Source: an uncultured virus (IMG/VR IMGVR_UViG_3300025270_001776)
Taxonomy: Duplodnaviria > Heunggongvirae > Uroviricota > Caudoviricetes
Virus record (IMG/VR): IMGVR_UViG_3300025270_001776
Length of the DNA stretch: 64,000 nt
Strand: one strand, 5' to 3'
Shown: piece after piece, positions 38,762-48,392 of the stretch
Layout: each line of letters opens with the position of its first letter
Numbering within the stretch: position 1 is the first letter of the stretch
Notes under the pieces: generated by a model
Told to the model about the DNA's origin: nothing
The model's database searches: none
The model's input: the letters and a program-made list of their open reading frames with translations, nothing else
Position numbers and translations under genes: made by a program

Positions 38762-39594
38762 GGGCTCTCTTTAAATTTATGGATTCCACCTACAAGTTCT
38801 TTGTTAACTTTAGGTTCTGGTTCTGGTTTTTGTATTACATTGCCCAACCATCCCCAGCTATCTAACGTTTTTACAAGTTCTACATTTGTTTCATAGATAC
38901 TTAAATTCTGGTTATCTATAACAGCATCCCAATCTTCCCAGTTTTCCAAGGCTGTTTCACTAGTATGTTTATCTTTTGTGTCTTTATGTCTAGTTAATTT
39001 AATTACCTTACCACCAGCATTTTGAATCGCTTCTGCTTCATTTGGAAATCTACAATCACTGATGATTGCCACTAAAGGGTTTTCTCTTTCTATTTGGTCT
39101 ATTGTGGTATCTGTCCAAATATTTTCCTTAATGGTTCTACAAATATCACTACCAAAATATTGTAGAAATTCCCTAGCGCTCATTTGTCCCGAGGAAGACT
39201 TTTTGCATCCGGGCATATTTTCCCACCTCATTGGTATCATAGTGTTTTTTTGTCTGTCGGTGCCGTAACACTGTATTCGGGTCAAACCAAATAAAGCTAT
39301 AGACATTTCCTTAAGGGTGGTAGCAAATGCATAATGCTTTACAAAGGGCCACATGTTATTAGACGCCCACTCGGCAAATTCTAGGTCACTCCTAGTAATA
39401 TCCAGAAGGCCTTGGTTTTGCTGTTCATGACCTTCGGCATCTATAGTTTTTGTGTCTACAGCCAATCCACCATCTTCAGTAATAGAAAAATTATCTACAA
39501 TATGGTGTGATCTCAGTTGGTAACCATGTAAAAAATTACAGCAAGTGTTTTTGCCAGACTGTTTGGTACCAGCAAAAGCAAGAATTCTGTTCAT
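38758..39594 (-). CDS. Deoxynucleoside monophosphate kinase
   Basis: GTKQSGKNT, FATTLK, REFLQYFG, ISDCRFPNE, HTSE. Confidence 0.85.
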   Translation of the reverse strand: MNRILAFAGTKQSGKNTCCNFLHGYQLRSHHIVDNFSITEDGGLAVDTKTIDAEGHEQQNQGLLDITRSDLEFAEWASNNMWPFVKHYAFATTLKEMSIALFGLTRIQCYGTDRQKNTMIPMRWENMPGCKKSSSGQMSAREFLQYFGSDICRTIKENIWTDTTIDQIERENPLVAIISDCRFPNEAEAIQNAGGKVIKLTRHKDTKDKHTSETALENWEDWDAVIDNQNLSIYETNVELVKTLDSWGWLGNVIQKPEPEPKVNKELVGGIHKFKESP

Positions 39595-40643
39595 AGAGAT
39601 GCTCCTTGGATTTGGTCACTAAGTTCTTCTTTGATTTTCTCAATAGTCATATCTCCAACATCTTTTTCGGAGATCTTAGGACGATAATAATTAAATCTTC
39701 TTCCGCCTTTTTCGGCTATTTGTTCAGCTGCCTTCTCGCCCGCTTCATCAGAATCCGTAAGAATCACTACATTTAGTGCTCCACTTTGTTCTAACAATAC
39801 CAATTGATCATCAGTGAGGCTGGCTCCGAAGATTCCAACCGTATTTGGAAAACCAGCCTCATGCATTTTCCATACGTCTCCTTGACCTTCTACTAAGATA
39901 ACGGTACCAGTTTTTCTAACGTGCTCAAGAGCTAAGTTTAAACCGTAAAGATAGGATTTTCGGAAGCCCTTACTATGTAACCACTTAGGCTGCATGTCTG
40001 GAGATGTTGATCTACCAACGCATCCAACATAATTATAGTCTTCATCGTAGATTGGAACAACAATTCTTCCTGACATTGGCCTATTTTTTTCTAAACAAAG
40101 TCCCACATCAAACAAATCAAGCGTTTCTGGATAATATCCTCTGTTAATATAATATTTAGCGGGTATATTTATTCTTCTGCGTACCTCTTCTCGTTTGACA
40201 GGATGTGAAAAACGTTGGGGTTTTCTTTCAAAAACCTCAAGCAACTTCAACTCTTTATTTATTTCTAGGGGTTCACTATAAGTCTCTAGGTTCTCAATTT
40301 TTGTATCAAGAAATTTGAGGCAGTATTCAAATGCCGTTATCAGGTTGACTTCTTTATCAAGACGATGATTTAATACACCACGCACAAAACCCAACAGGCT
40401 AGAAGCAAAATCCTCTTCACACTGTCGTGTCCAACATTTCCAATTTCCCTTGATGACATCCCCATCTGTAAAAATAGAACACCCTTCAGGATTATCTCCC
40501 CCATGTATTGGACATGGAAAGACAAGCCTATTGTGGTGTTCCACGGGCTCTATTTCAAAATGGTCTAATAGATCTGACACTCTATCAAACAGCTGATTAG
40601 ACAGATGCGATATCTGTGGCTTCGTAATCTTCATCAGTTTCAA
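39591..40643 (-). CDS. dnaG: DNA primase (Zn-binding plus TOPRIM)
   Basis: CPIHGGDN..C..C, GRIVVPI, VEGQGD, DSDEAG. Confidence 0.88.
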   Translation of the reverse strand: MKLMKITKPQISHLSNQLFDRVSDLLDHFEIEPVEHHNRLVFPCPIHGGDNPEGCSIFTDGDVIKGNWKCWTRQCEEDFASSLLGFVRGVLNHRLDKEVNLITAFEYCLKFLDTKIENLETYSEPLEINKELKLLEVFERKPQRFSHPVKREEVRRRINIPAKYYINRGYYPETLDLFDVGLCLEKNRPMSGRIVVPIYDEDYNYVGCVGRSTSPDMQPKWLHSKGFRKSYLYGLNLALEHVRKTGTVILVEGQGDVWKMHEAGFPNTVGIFGASLTDDQLVLLEQSGALNVVILTDSDEAGEKAAEQIAEKGGRRFNYYRPKISEKDVGDMTIEKIKEELSDQIQGASL

Positions 40644-42069
40644 ATCCTCGATCAGTTTTCTTGGTGGCTTTTTTCAATTCATTACGTGTTTTGCCTTCTT
40701 CTATTCTACCATACTTTCCGAACATATTCATGTTGATATAATCGCCATCATCTAGGCCAGCCCCATGACGTGCTACTACGGGCACTAATTTTCTGTTGCC
40801 ATTTTCTTCGAGGTCGTCTGCTATCTCTTCATCTGATTTCATCTTGAATATAGTAAAGCTTGTACATAGCCAAATCAAACGATCAGAACCAGAAACTACA
40901 TCCGTTGACTCTTTAGTTATACCATCTCTATTCAATTGCACAAAACTTAAACATGGCACATCATGCTTAACACAAAAATTATGGAGTTGGGTAATCTGAA
41001 AACCAAGCAACTGGAATTCTTGCATGGAGTTAGAAATACCATCTGATCCCATTAGCTTAAGGTAGTCATATATTATTAAACAGTCTTTAGTTCTACCATT
41101 TTCGTCTATTCCTACGTGTTGATATAGCCACTTACGCATCAGCCCTAAGATATTTTCAAAAGGCTGTCCCGCAATACTAATATAATGATAAGGTATAGCC
41201 TTAAGCTTTTCGGCGGCTTCCTCTATCTTTTTTTTGTCTATCTCATTTTCTGCAAATTTTCCAGTAGATATTCTATTGATGTCTACGCCACTGAGATTAG
41301 CAAGCATTCTATTCAAATGATCTTCTTTAGACATTTCCGTGTCTAACATCAACACTGGGATCTCTAAATTCTGTGTCACATGCAGAGCCACTTCATCACC
41401 AAACATAGACTTACCAACTTTTGGTCGCGCGGCCACAAGGTCTACGCACTTTCTTCTAAAGCCGCCTCCTATAGCCTGATCGTAAATTGAGAAACCACTA
41501 CTAATACCAATCATATCGGTAGGATTGTCTGCGAGATGGTGAATGTATGCTTCTACTTCGTCACCAATTATTTCTGGTTGATGACTAGATGATTCATATA
41601 TTGCAGAGGTAGCGTCCAGTATTGGCGACTCTACCATAGTAATTAAATCATTTATATCCTCATCACCACTAATAGTGTTGAGGCGTTTTTCACAAACCTT
41701 GAGAGTCTGCTGAATATTTCTAGCTAGTTTTAGCTTAGCTATTTTGGCCGCATGAATACTAATATTATCTTTATGGATAGGAAAATTGAAAAGGGATCGT
41801 AAAAATCCTATCTCATTTTTATTATTAATATTTTCATACAGGTTTAGATTGTTAGCTGCCGCTAAAATAGAGGCTAGTTCTACATGACTACTTTCTGAGA
41901 TTACCTTCTTGACACATTTGAAAATGATCTGATTCATTTCATTAGTAAAATGATCAGTATCAATAAAATCAATATTCAAAAAGGCATCTAGGCCATATTG
42001 ACATAGACCAGCCAGTACAGCCCTTTCGGCAGCTAGATCCTGTAAATTTCTTTTGCTTACTTTTTCCAT
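40597..42069 (-). CDS. dnaB: Replicative DNA helicase, DnaB family
   Basis: AERAVL, ARPKVGKS Walker A, DTEMS, IYDYL, QLNR. Confidence 0.92.
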   Translation of the reverse strand: MEKVSKRNLQDLAAERAVLAGLCQYGLDAFLNIDFIDTDHFTNEMNQIIFKCVKKVISESSHVELASILAAANNLNLYENINNKNEIGFLRSLFNFPIHKDNISIHAAKIAKLKLARNIQQTLKVCEKRLNTISGDEDINDLITMVESPILDATSAIYESSSHQPEIIGDEVEAYIHHLADNPTDMIGISSGFSIYDQAIGGGFRRKCVDLVAARPKVGKSMFGDEVALHVTQNLEIPVLMLDTEMSKEDHLNRMLANLSGVDINRISTGKFAENEIDKKKIEEAAEKLKAIPYHYISIAGQPFENILGLMRKWLYQHVGIDENGRTKDCLIIYDYLKLMGSDGISNSMQEFQLLGFQITQLHNFCVKHDVPCLSFVQLNRDGITKESTDVVSGSDRLIWLCTSFTIFKMKSDEEIADDLEENGNRKLVPVVARHGAGLDDGDYINMNMFGKYGRIEEGKTRNELKKATKKTDRGFETDEDYEATDIASV

Positions 42070-42242
42070 TTTTTGATGGCTTTAAAATAATTAAGCTCTT
42101 GTGTGACGGCTGAAATTCTACCGACTTCAGAACTTGGATATTTATCCTTTGCTATTTGTTCAGCTTGTTTGCAATCCGTTGCTTTTATTTTCAAATGTTT
42201 GGCTTGTCCATCTGGTAAAGTAATATAAACAACGTATTGCAT
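42057..42242 (-). CDS. Small hypothetical protein
   Basis: Coupled ORF with GGGGGA upstream. Confidence 0.6.
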   Translation of the reverse strand: MQYVVYITLPDGQAKHLKIKATDCKQAEQIAKDKYPSSEVGRISAVTQELNYFKAIKKWKK

Positions 42243-42250
42243 ATATCCCC

Positions 42251-42856
42251 CTATTTTTTAATGAGTTTCTCATACTCTTGTCTAGAAATAAAAGTTGTTT
42301 CTGTTGTCTGTTTGCTTCTGAGTTTCATACAATCGGGGCATTTTTCAATGGCCCCAGCTCCTTCATGGGTGTGGCTTTTTAGATAGTGATATGTTCTTTC
42401 TTCAGAGTTGCGTATCATATACAAAAATGAACGGTGTCCTTTCAGTAGCGTAATTATAGAATCTAGCTCTTCTTCAACAGAAAGCTTTTCTTCTGGCAAA
42501 TCTGTAGACTCTTCTTTTATTTGCTGAAGTTGATTTAGTTTTTCTACTGAAATTTCTACAATTTGTTTGTCTTCAGTACCCCATAGATCGTAACACTCCG
42601 TACAAAACTTTTGCATTTCCGTGTGGGGTTTTGCGTAGTGCAAACTTCTTAGTTGTGTATCCACCAAGCAATTTTCGTATTCATTCATCTTAGTTAAGAT
42701 AGTATATATTTCTTCAAATTTACTTTCTATGGTTTTTTGTGGAGGAGTGGAGGATGTTGAAACCGTCATTGCTAGACAAACACCAAGGCCAATCAGATAT
42801 AAAGCATTTAACAAATTGATCTTCATTATATCTCCTATGGTCCATGCCACGGCCAC
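42251..42856 (-). CDS. Membrane-anchored/secreted protein with two HY.K.H...CxxC repeats
   Basis: N-terminal hydrophobic segment; HYAKPH..CTEC and HYLKSH..CPDC. Confidence 0.6.
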   Translation of the reverse strand: MAVAWTIGDIMKINLLNALYLIGLGVCLAMTVSTSSTPPQKTIESKFEEIYTILTKMNEYENCLVDTQLRSLHYAKPHTEMQKFCTECYDLWGTEDKQIVEISVEKLNQLQQIKEESTDLPEEKLSVEEELDSIITLLKGHRSFLYMIRNSEERTYHYLKSHTHEGAGAIEKCPDCMKLRSKQTTETTFISRQEYEKLIKK

Positions 42857-43152
42857 TTCTCAGCCATGGCCTTATTAACAGTGCCATTTTCACCAATCTC
42901 AACTAGCCATCTTCCATACTTTCCTGTTTTATATGTTCGAACATTCACGTTACCACGGTCATCCATATTAGCTACTATTAATTTTTTAAGTTCATTGGTA
43001 GCCGTTTTGTAATCTACATGTCCCCGTTCAGGAGTATTAACACCTATAAGCCTACAACGAAGACGTGCCGTAAGCTTTAACCCTAGATCTACATCGAATT
43101 CGACAGTATCACCGTCAATACAGCGAATTAATTTTGCTCGATAGTTATACAT
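42835..43152 (-). CDS. Thermonuclease (SNase) family protein
   Basis: IDGDTV, DLG, RLIGVNTPE, GKYGRWL. Confidence 0.88.
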   Translation of the reverse strand: MYNYRAKLIRCIDGDTVEFDVDLGLKLTARLRCRLIGVNTPERGHVDYKTATNELKKLIVANMDDRGNVNVRTYKTGKYGRWLVEIGENGTVNKAMAEKWPWHGP

Positions 43153-43161
43153 ATCATCTCC

Positions 43162-43593
43162 CTATTTGCCAGAACTACCAAAGCCATCTCCTCCCCTCTC
43201 AGTTATATCAAGAGAATCAACCACTGTCAAAGAAAAGTCTGGAACTTCCTGAAAAAGTATTTGGGCGATTCTATCTCCAGCACTAACCTTTAGAGGAAAT
43301 GGATCATTGGAAGCATTATAAAGACATACTTTTATTTCACCTCTGTATCCTGAATCTATTACGCCAGCAAAAATTGCAACCCCTCGTTTAACAGCTAGAC
43401 CAGACCGAGGCCAAATTAAGCCAACATATCCTTCTGGGATTGACATAGCAATTCCAGTAGCAATGGTAGCTCTGCGGCCACGCTCTATCTCCCTATCCTC
43501 TAAGGAGTAAAGATCCCAACCAGCATCACTTGTATTATTTTTAGTGGGCACAATTGCTGTATCATCAAGTTTTTTAATATCAATATTAAGCAA
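43162..43593 (-). CDS. dut: dUTPase (trimeric)
   Basis: DAGWDL, PRSGLA, GVIDSGYRGE, RIAQ, RGGDGFGSSG. Confidence 0.96.
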   Translation of the reverse strand: MLNIDIKKLDDTAIVPTKNNTSDAGWDLYSLEDREIERGRRATIATGIAMSIPEGYVGLIWPRSGLAVKRGVAIFAGVIDSGYRGEIKVCLYNASNDPFPLKVSAGDRIAQILFQEVPDFSLTVVDSLDITERGGDGFGSSGK

Positions 43594-44034
43594 TTATCTT
43601 CTCCTTTTTACGAGGCAACTATCACACACAAAAAAATCTCGCGCGTGCGCTTCTGGAACAATACTTGTTTTACGACACTCTTCACATTTTTGCTCTACCC
43701 TTTTAGCTTTTTTTCTATCTCTTGCAGTTGGTTTGTAGGATGGGGTGGTGACATCCATAGCCTCAATTTTATCATCAACAAAAAGATTCTTACGTTTACC
43801 TTGATTAACTGGTGTAGCACTAGCAGATCGCAGGTCTTTATCATCGGTTATTGATGAGATAAAGTTGTCTTCATTTCGTGTTACTAGAGAATCTTTCTGC
43901 GGATCTTCTTCTTTGGGCTCTTCTGGTGGCGTCTCAACTGTTGCTAGTAACGTATTGGCCATCTTAATAAGTTCAGGATCGTTAAGTTCCATTCCCTTTT
44001 TTAATAGTTCCTTAGCTGTGTCAATTACTGACAT
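43594..44034 (-). CDS. Hypothetical protein with C-terminal zinc ribbon
   Basis: CEEC...CDSC. Confidence 0.65.
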   Translation of the reverse strand: MSVIDTAKELLKKGMELNDPELIKMANTLLATVETPPEEPKEEDPQKDSLVTRNEDNFISSITDDKDLRSASATPVNQGKRKNLFVDDKIEAMDVTTPSYKPTARDRKKAKRVEQKCEECRKTSIVPEAHARDFFVCDSCLVKRRR

Positions 44035-44498
44035 TATGTTCTCCTCTTAGACAGGTTTTGTAATATATCTCCCATTCTTTTAGCATTATCAGCCTTTTCG
44101 ATAAGGGAACTAAGTCTGGCATGGGTATGTGTTTTTATTTTAATAATTTCAGAAGCTAGAGGATTTTCTCTCACGGCGTTCCAATATTTTTCTTGCCATT
44201 TAGTATACTTGTCACCATATTGATTAACAATTGGAGATATTATATACCAGATGCTATCGTCAGCCCAATCTAAAATTATTCTTTGTTTATTGTAAATGCT
44301 TTGTAAATAGTCTGCATGAGAATATAATGTATATGCCTTTTCTAGACACTCCTCAGCACTCAATGCCCGTAGTTCCATTTCACTTGTATTTAATATAATA
44401 CCAGCCGTAGAATTTTCTTTCGTAATATCAATATTATTGATTGTTATCCAGTCTTCTACCTTGGATAAAAATTCATTCAATTTTGCTTCGCCACTCAT
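44034..44498 (-). CDS. Hypothetical helical protein (possible recombination mediator)
   Basis: All-helical ~150 aa protein two genes from recA; function inferred from context only. Confidence 0.45.
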   Translation of the reverse strand: MSGEAKLNEFLSKVEDWITINNIDITKENSTAGIILNTSEMELRALSAEECLEKAYTLYSHADYLQSIYNKQRIILDWADDSIWYIISPIVNQYGDKYTKWQEKYWNAVRENPLASEIIKIKTHTHARLSSLIEKADNAKRMGDILQNLSKRRT

Positions 44499-44880
44499 CT
44501 ATGTCCTCATTATATTTTAGTGCTACAAAAGTAATATCGTTTAGATTACACCATTCAACTTTATCTTTGTCCCGAGCCTGTGCTTTATAAAAGTTCATCT
44601 TGTTTTTAAAAAAATGCGAATTATATTTGAAGTGTTGTTCTCCATGGACTTCTACAATTAGATTTCTATTTGGAACAACAAAGTCAGCACGCAAAACAGA
44701 CTTTCGTATACTTGTTTTAGATCCCGGAAGAGAAACCTCCTCTAATATTCTATCAAAAGGAAAAATTTCTTCAAGAAGTTTTTTTGCTTTATCGTGTAAG
44801 TTAGATCTTTCTTTTGACCTTGCTTGGTTACGGGCTGGTGTCCAGCTGTATTCTTTACCGTCAAGACCTTTTACTTTCAT
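44473..44880 (-). CDS. Vsr/DUF559-like endonuclease
   Basis: LRADF, IVEVHGEQH, RDKDKVEWC. Confidence 0.75.
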   Translation of the reverse strand: MKVKGLDGKEYSWTPARNQARSKERSNLHDKAKKLLEEIFPFDRILEEVSLPGSKTSIRKSVLRADFVVPNRNLIVEVHGEQHFKYNSHFFKNKMNFYKAQARDKDKVEWCNLNDITFVALKYNEDIDEWRSKIE

Positions 44881-44883
44881 ACT

Positions 44884-45996
44884 CTAAAGCATCTCCTTTA
44901 TTTCGCTTTCTAATATATGAACCACCTTAGGATTCTTATCCAAGAACTGATATAGTTTTTCTTGACCCTGTACTTTTACTGATTTCAAAACTGCCTCCAT
45001 GTCTTCAATATTGACTTCTGGATTAATTTCTTTTACAAGCTCTAAATGGGATGCCATAAACTCACACGTCAACCAAGCACCAGCTTTACCTATCATACCG
45101 AGGTCTTGTCCTAGAATAATAAGCTCTTGAATCTTATCTATACCATGTCCATATTTTAGCCAGCTTTGACATTCTCCTCCCGGAGGACCCATAGAAGAAC
45201 ATAATATACGCCAATTAATAGCCTGTCCTACTTGTTGATCTCTTTGCTCCCACGCGGCTATAGACTTAACTTCCATACGTGTATCGGCTTGATACTGTAT
45301 TTTTTTACCGCAGTCTGGCATTCGTGGGGCGCCATAGCCTGACGTATTAGCAATAAAATGAGTAATAATAATCATAGTAGCCCGTTGCTTTGGTACAATT
45401 TGCCCTAGTTTTTTGCAGAAAACAGATAGCAGCTTGGGAAGACCTGCTCGTCCGGGGGACATATCTCCATCTAGTTCTTTTTCAGGCATTAAGGCTGAAG
45501 TAGAATCAATAATACATACGCACCTATAGTTTTCTTTAGCGCTTACTAATTTAACTGTGATGTCTAAAAATGCCTCAGCGCTTAATGGCTCGTCTTCTGC
45601 GTGTACAATATGAATTTTTTCTTTATCCAGACCATCTACGCCTAACAAATTCATTTCTTTAAGACGCCCTTCTGCATCTAAATAGATAATCGGGCGCTCT
45701 TCCTTTTGGCAGTTAGCTGCAATTTGAAGTGCTGTAGTTGTTTTACCACACTTAGGATCGCCCGTCAAAATAATCCAAGAGCCCTCTTTAATCCCACCTC
45801 CCAATGCGATATCTATAGATGGTCCCACAGATATAACTTTGAAGTCTTTTCGTTGATCAAGGATCTGATTACCTGTCGATATCACGTTTCCATACTTTTT
45901 AATAATTTCCTTTTTAAAGGATGGATTATTCTTTACCACAATCATCATCACTCCTTTCAGCTCTTTTAATTTTAGAAAACAGATTTGTCTGACCAA
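44884..45996 (-). CDS. recA: RecA/UvsX-like recombinase
   Basis: IDIALGGG, GDPKCGKTT, YLDAEG, IIDS, GKAGAW. Confidence 0.85.
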   Translation of the reverse strand: MVRQICFLKLKELKGVMMIVVKNNPSFKKEIIKKYGNVISTGNQILDQRKDFKVISVGPSIDIALGGGIKEGSWIILTGDPKCGKTTTALQIAANCQKEERPIIYLDAEGRLKEMNLLGVDGLDKEKIHIVHAEDEPLSAEAFLDITVKLVSAKENYRCVCIIDSTSALMPEKELDGDMSPGRAGLPKLLSVFCKKLGQIVPKQRATMIIITHFIANTSGYGAPRMPDCGKKIQYQADTRMEVKSIAAWEQRDQQVGQAINWRILCSSMGPPGGECQSWLKYGHGIDKIQELIILGQDLGMIGKAGAWLTCEFMASHLELVKEINPEVNIEDMEAVLKSVKVQGQEKLYQFLDKNPKVVHILESEIKEML

Positions 45997-46396
45997 AGGC
46001 CTTACGAGGTTTAGAAGTATTGTCTATTTTTTTAACAATATTTTCTTCAGTCTTGGGCTGTTGATCTAGAAGATGGCGCATAAACGCCACTTCTTTTTTA
46101 ACAAATGGACGTGGATTAAAAAAACCCAGAGAATAGGTGTTCTTTCCTCTGGGGGAATTTATATATTTTATTAAGGCATCTTCACCAAATTCTTTGATTA
46201 ACTTTCTAGCTGCAACTATTTGTCCTTGATAGGACCTTTTTTGTTTTTTGTTCCAAAATTTATATGCCAGACTGCCTTCGTTATCTTTCTCGCATTTACG
46301 TTGACACATTATTTCAGCGGCGTACTGAGCAGCATCACAATATTCACCCGTTGAGGGCGACTTGAACCTGCTTACTTTGCTTCTTTTTTGAGCCAT
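45926..46396 (-). CDS. Hypothetical protein
   Basis: Coupled ORF. Confidence 0.6.
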   Translation of the reverse strand: MAQKRSKVSRFKSPSTGEYCDAAQYAAEIMCQRKCEKDNEGSLAYKFWNKKQKRSYQGQIVAARKLIKEFGEDALIKYINSPRGKNTYSLGFFNPRPFVKKEVAFMRHLLDQQPKTEENIVKKIDNTSKPRKAFGQTNLFSKIKRAERSDDDCGKE

Positions 46397-46904
46397 CTTT
46401 AAAAATCATTAGGTTAACGTTTTCGGGGGTCAATTTTCTAGTTTGGACGGGTGCCTCGAATTCGCACAGCGGCCAACTAAATTTTCTAACGTCTACAGTT
46501 TCAAGGTTATCATTTAAAACGCCGGCTGTCAAGTGCTGAAAAGCAGTAGCTGCTCCACTTTCCATATTTATATCTTTAGACACGCCACGTACTACAAACA
46601 CTCCGTCCAAACCGTTGGGATTATCAAACAAAACTTCCTGAGGGGCGCCAAAAACCAATACTTGAACCTTGGTTACACATTCTCCAGTTTCTTCACAAAA
46701 ATTCATAAGGCGCTCCCATGGAGAGCCCGTTTCTCCGGGCCTGTCATAATCTGACCATACAGTTTGACCGTCTGTCAGCGCGCATTTCCAGAGAATTTCT
46801 ATATCTTCCATAAGGAGTTTATGAACATATGAGTCTTGTTTGGTACAAAGCATATCAGTCCTCTTTAATCTTGTGTATTGATCCTTCATGTCTGGTAGAG
46901 ACAT
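46344..46904 (-). CDS. Hypothetical protein (start probably near 46853, MLCTKQ)
   Basis: Coupled ORF. Confidence 0.55.
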   Translation of the reverse strand: MSLPDMKDQYTRLKRTDMLCTKQDSYVHKLLMEDIEILWKCALTDGQTVWSDYDRPGETGSPWERLMNFCEETGECVTKVQVLVFGAPQEVLFDNPNGLDGVFVVRGVSKDINMESGAATAFQHLTAGVLNDNLETVDVRKFSWPLCEFEAPVQTRKLTPENVNLMIFKDGSKKKQSKQVQVALNG

Positions 46905-47166
46905 TTACTTTATTTTTTCGTTTGTTTTTATTTTCATCTGACACTATTGAGGCCGCTTCTGTCATTACCACCACTCCTCTCTCCTTTTTTCGGGCAAATA
47001 GATTATGCGTTATAGTGGTTGCATCTACGTCATCTTTAATAGTTTCTAGATGTCCAGTAACTATTGTTTCTGATCTATTCAGCTTTTTAGACAAAGACGC
47101 TACAGTTTTATTGGAGTTTTGTTCTATGTAAGACTTCTCATCGTTAGATAGTGGTCCACGTTTCAT
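46855..47166 (-). CDS. Hypothetical protein, possible HTH DNA-binding
   Basis: GPLSNDEKSYI...LSKKLNRSETIV Myb/HTH-like pattern. Confidence 0.55.
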   Translation of the reverse strand: MKRGPLSNDEKSYIEQNSNKTVASLSKKLNRSETIVTGHLETIKDDVDATTITHNLFARKKERGVVVMTEAASIVSDENKNKRKNKVNVSTRHEGSIHKIKED

Positions 47167-47167
47167 A

Positions 47168-47500
47168 TTAGTTCTCCATCATAAGCCTTCTGGCTCTAGT
47201 AAGGAATATCCTACTCGAAGATTTCAGATATTCTATATACAAATCAAATACATTTTTTTTAACTTTTTTGAAATCAAAATAAGGCCTGTTATACGTAAGC
47301 CTGTCTGCGTGATATGGATCGAGAAGATCTCCTCTTCCATATTTTACATAATAAATTTCAGCATCACCTTTTATGATTAATTTAGCAAATGCCATTTTTT
47401 GTTCAGCCGTCTTTCCTCCGTTACCATAGAAGACTTCTGTGGTTTTAGGAGGTTCAGGAATATTTAATCCTGAAAGATCTTCATTTTCCCACCTAGCCAT
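47168..47500 (-). CDS. Hypothetical protein
   Basis: Coupled ORF with GGAG upstream. Confidence 0.6.
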   Translation of the reverse strand: MARWENEDLSGLNIPEPPKTTEVFYGNGGKTAEQKMAFAKLIIKGDAEIYYVKYGRGDLLDPYHADRLTYNRPYFDFKKVKKNVFDLYIEYLKSSSRIFLTRARRLMMEN

Positions 47501-47723
47501 TTAAACTCTCCAGTTTATCTTTAACTTGTTTAAGACAATCGGCCTCATTTAGACCGTCTAAAGTAAATTCAGCCGCGTTTGAAATACCGTATTTGTTAAA
47601 AGTTTTAGTGCTTAATGGTGTTGTGTCTAAGCTTCCATCTGTATTTCTTTTAACTATTTCTACAGTGAATCGTATAGTTGCATGATGAGGACAGTTCGCT
47701 CTTATAGGATCTTTTTCTATAAT
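47493..47723 (-). CDS. Unannotated 76-aa ORF with a probable ATT start
   Basis: Stop-free frame IIEKDPIRANCPHHAT...LESLNG* fills the gap exactly; GGAGG lies 7 nt upstream of ATT; no in-frame ATG/GTG/TTG. Confidence 0.6.
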   Translation of the reverse strand: MIEKDPIRANCPHHATIRFTVEIVKRNTDGSLDTTPLSTKTFNKYGISNAAEFTLDGLNEADCLKQVKDKLESLNG

Positions 47724-47725
47724 TG

Positions 47726-48064
47726 TTAGCCCTCCCTAATCCACTTGGCTTTTTGTTTCGGAGTCATTTTATTAATTTTTCTGTACAGATCAGATTTTTC
47801 TTTATTTTGCTTGTCTTCGACGGCGTTGTCTTCTTTTCGTCTTTTGTCCAGTTCATATTTTCCCATTTTAGATTTGTTTCTATCGGCCATTTGTCCCACC
47901 GTAGTAGGCTCCCCAACTACGAATGCAATTGGGGCCTCTAAAGTTACTCGTTGTAATTTTTTCTTTTTGCATTCAGGACATTTAGATAATGCATCATCTT
48001 TAATACTTTGCGAAACCGAAAAGCTGTGGTCACACGATGAGCACTCATAATCATATGTTATCAT
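47726..48064 (-). CDS. FmdB family zinc-ribbon protein
   Basis: MITYDYECSSCDHSF...QSIKD..CPECKK. Confidence 0.85.
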   Translation of the reverse strand: MITYDYECSSCDHSFSVSQSIKDDALSKCPECKKKKLQRVTLEAPIAFVVGEPTTVGQMADRNKSKMGKYELDKRRKEDNAVEDKQNKEKSDLYRKINKMTPKQKAKWIREG

Positions 48065-48065
48065 G

Positions 48066-48392
48066 TTAATATTTTGCATAAAGTAAATAATAAAGCAACC
48101 AAAAGTGGAACGCCAATATGCCCACGGCGGTTGCAAATGTTTTATTTCTTAGTTTATCTATCAAATAGAATTTTTGTAAAAAGGTAGCTATAAAGAATGT
48201 ATTTATAAATTTTAACGCTATCAATAAGGAAACTTTTCCGCCGCTATGTGTTATTATAAACTTTGCTACAGGATTTTGCTCATTTTCCAAAATAATTTCT
48301 TGGGTTTCTATAGTCCAAAAGCAATCCACCGCAACAATGACTACGATAATAATTATCATAGCGTTGAATGTTATGTTTTTAAGTGTTGTCAT
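48066..48392 (-). CDS. Membrane protein (DUF5658-like)
   Basis: TM-D..T....E.NP-TM-K pattern. Confidence 0.6.
   Translation of the reverse strand: MTTLKNITFNAMIIIIVVIVAVDCFWTIETQEIILENEQNPVAKFIITHSGGKVSLLIALKFINTFFIATFLQKFYLIDKLRNKTFATAVGILAFHFWLLYYLLYAKY

Noticed and set aside
2383..43593. Stop-codon reassignment (TAG recoding seen in some large phages)
   Set aside because: TAG ends the aldolase and dUTPase at their expected C-termini, and genes are full length under the standard code
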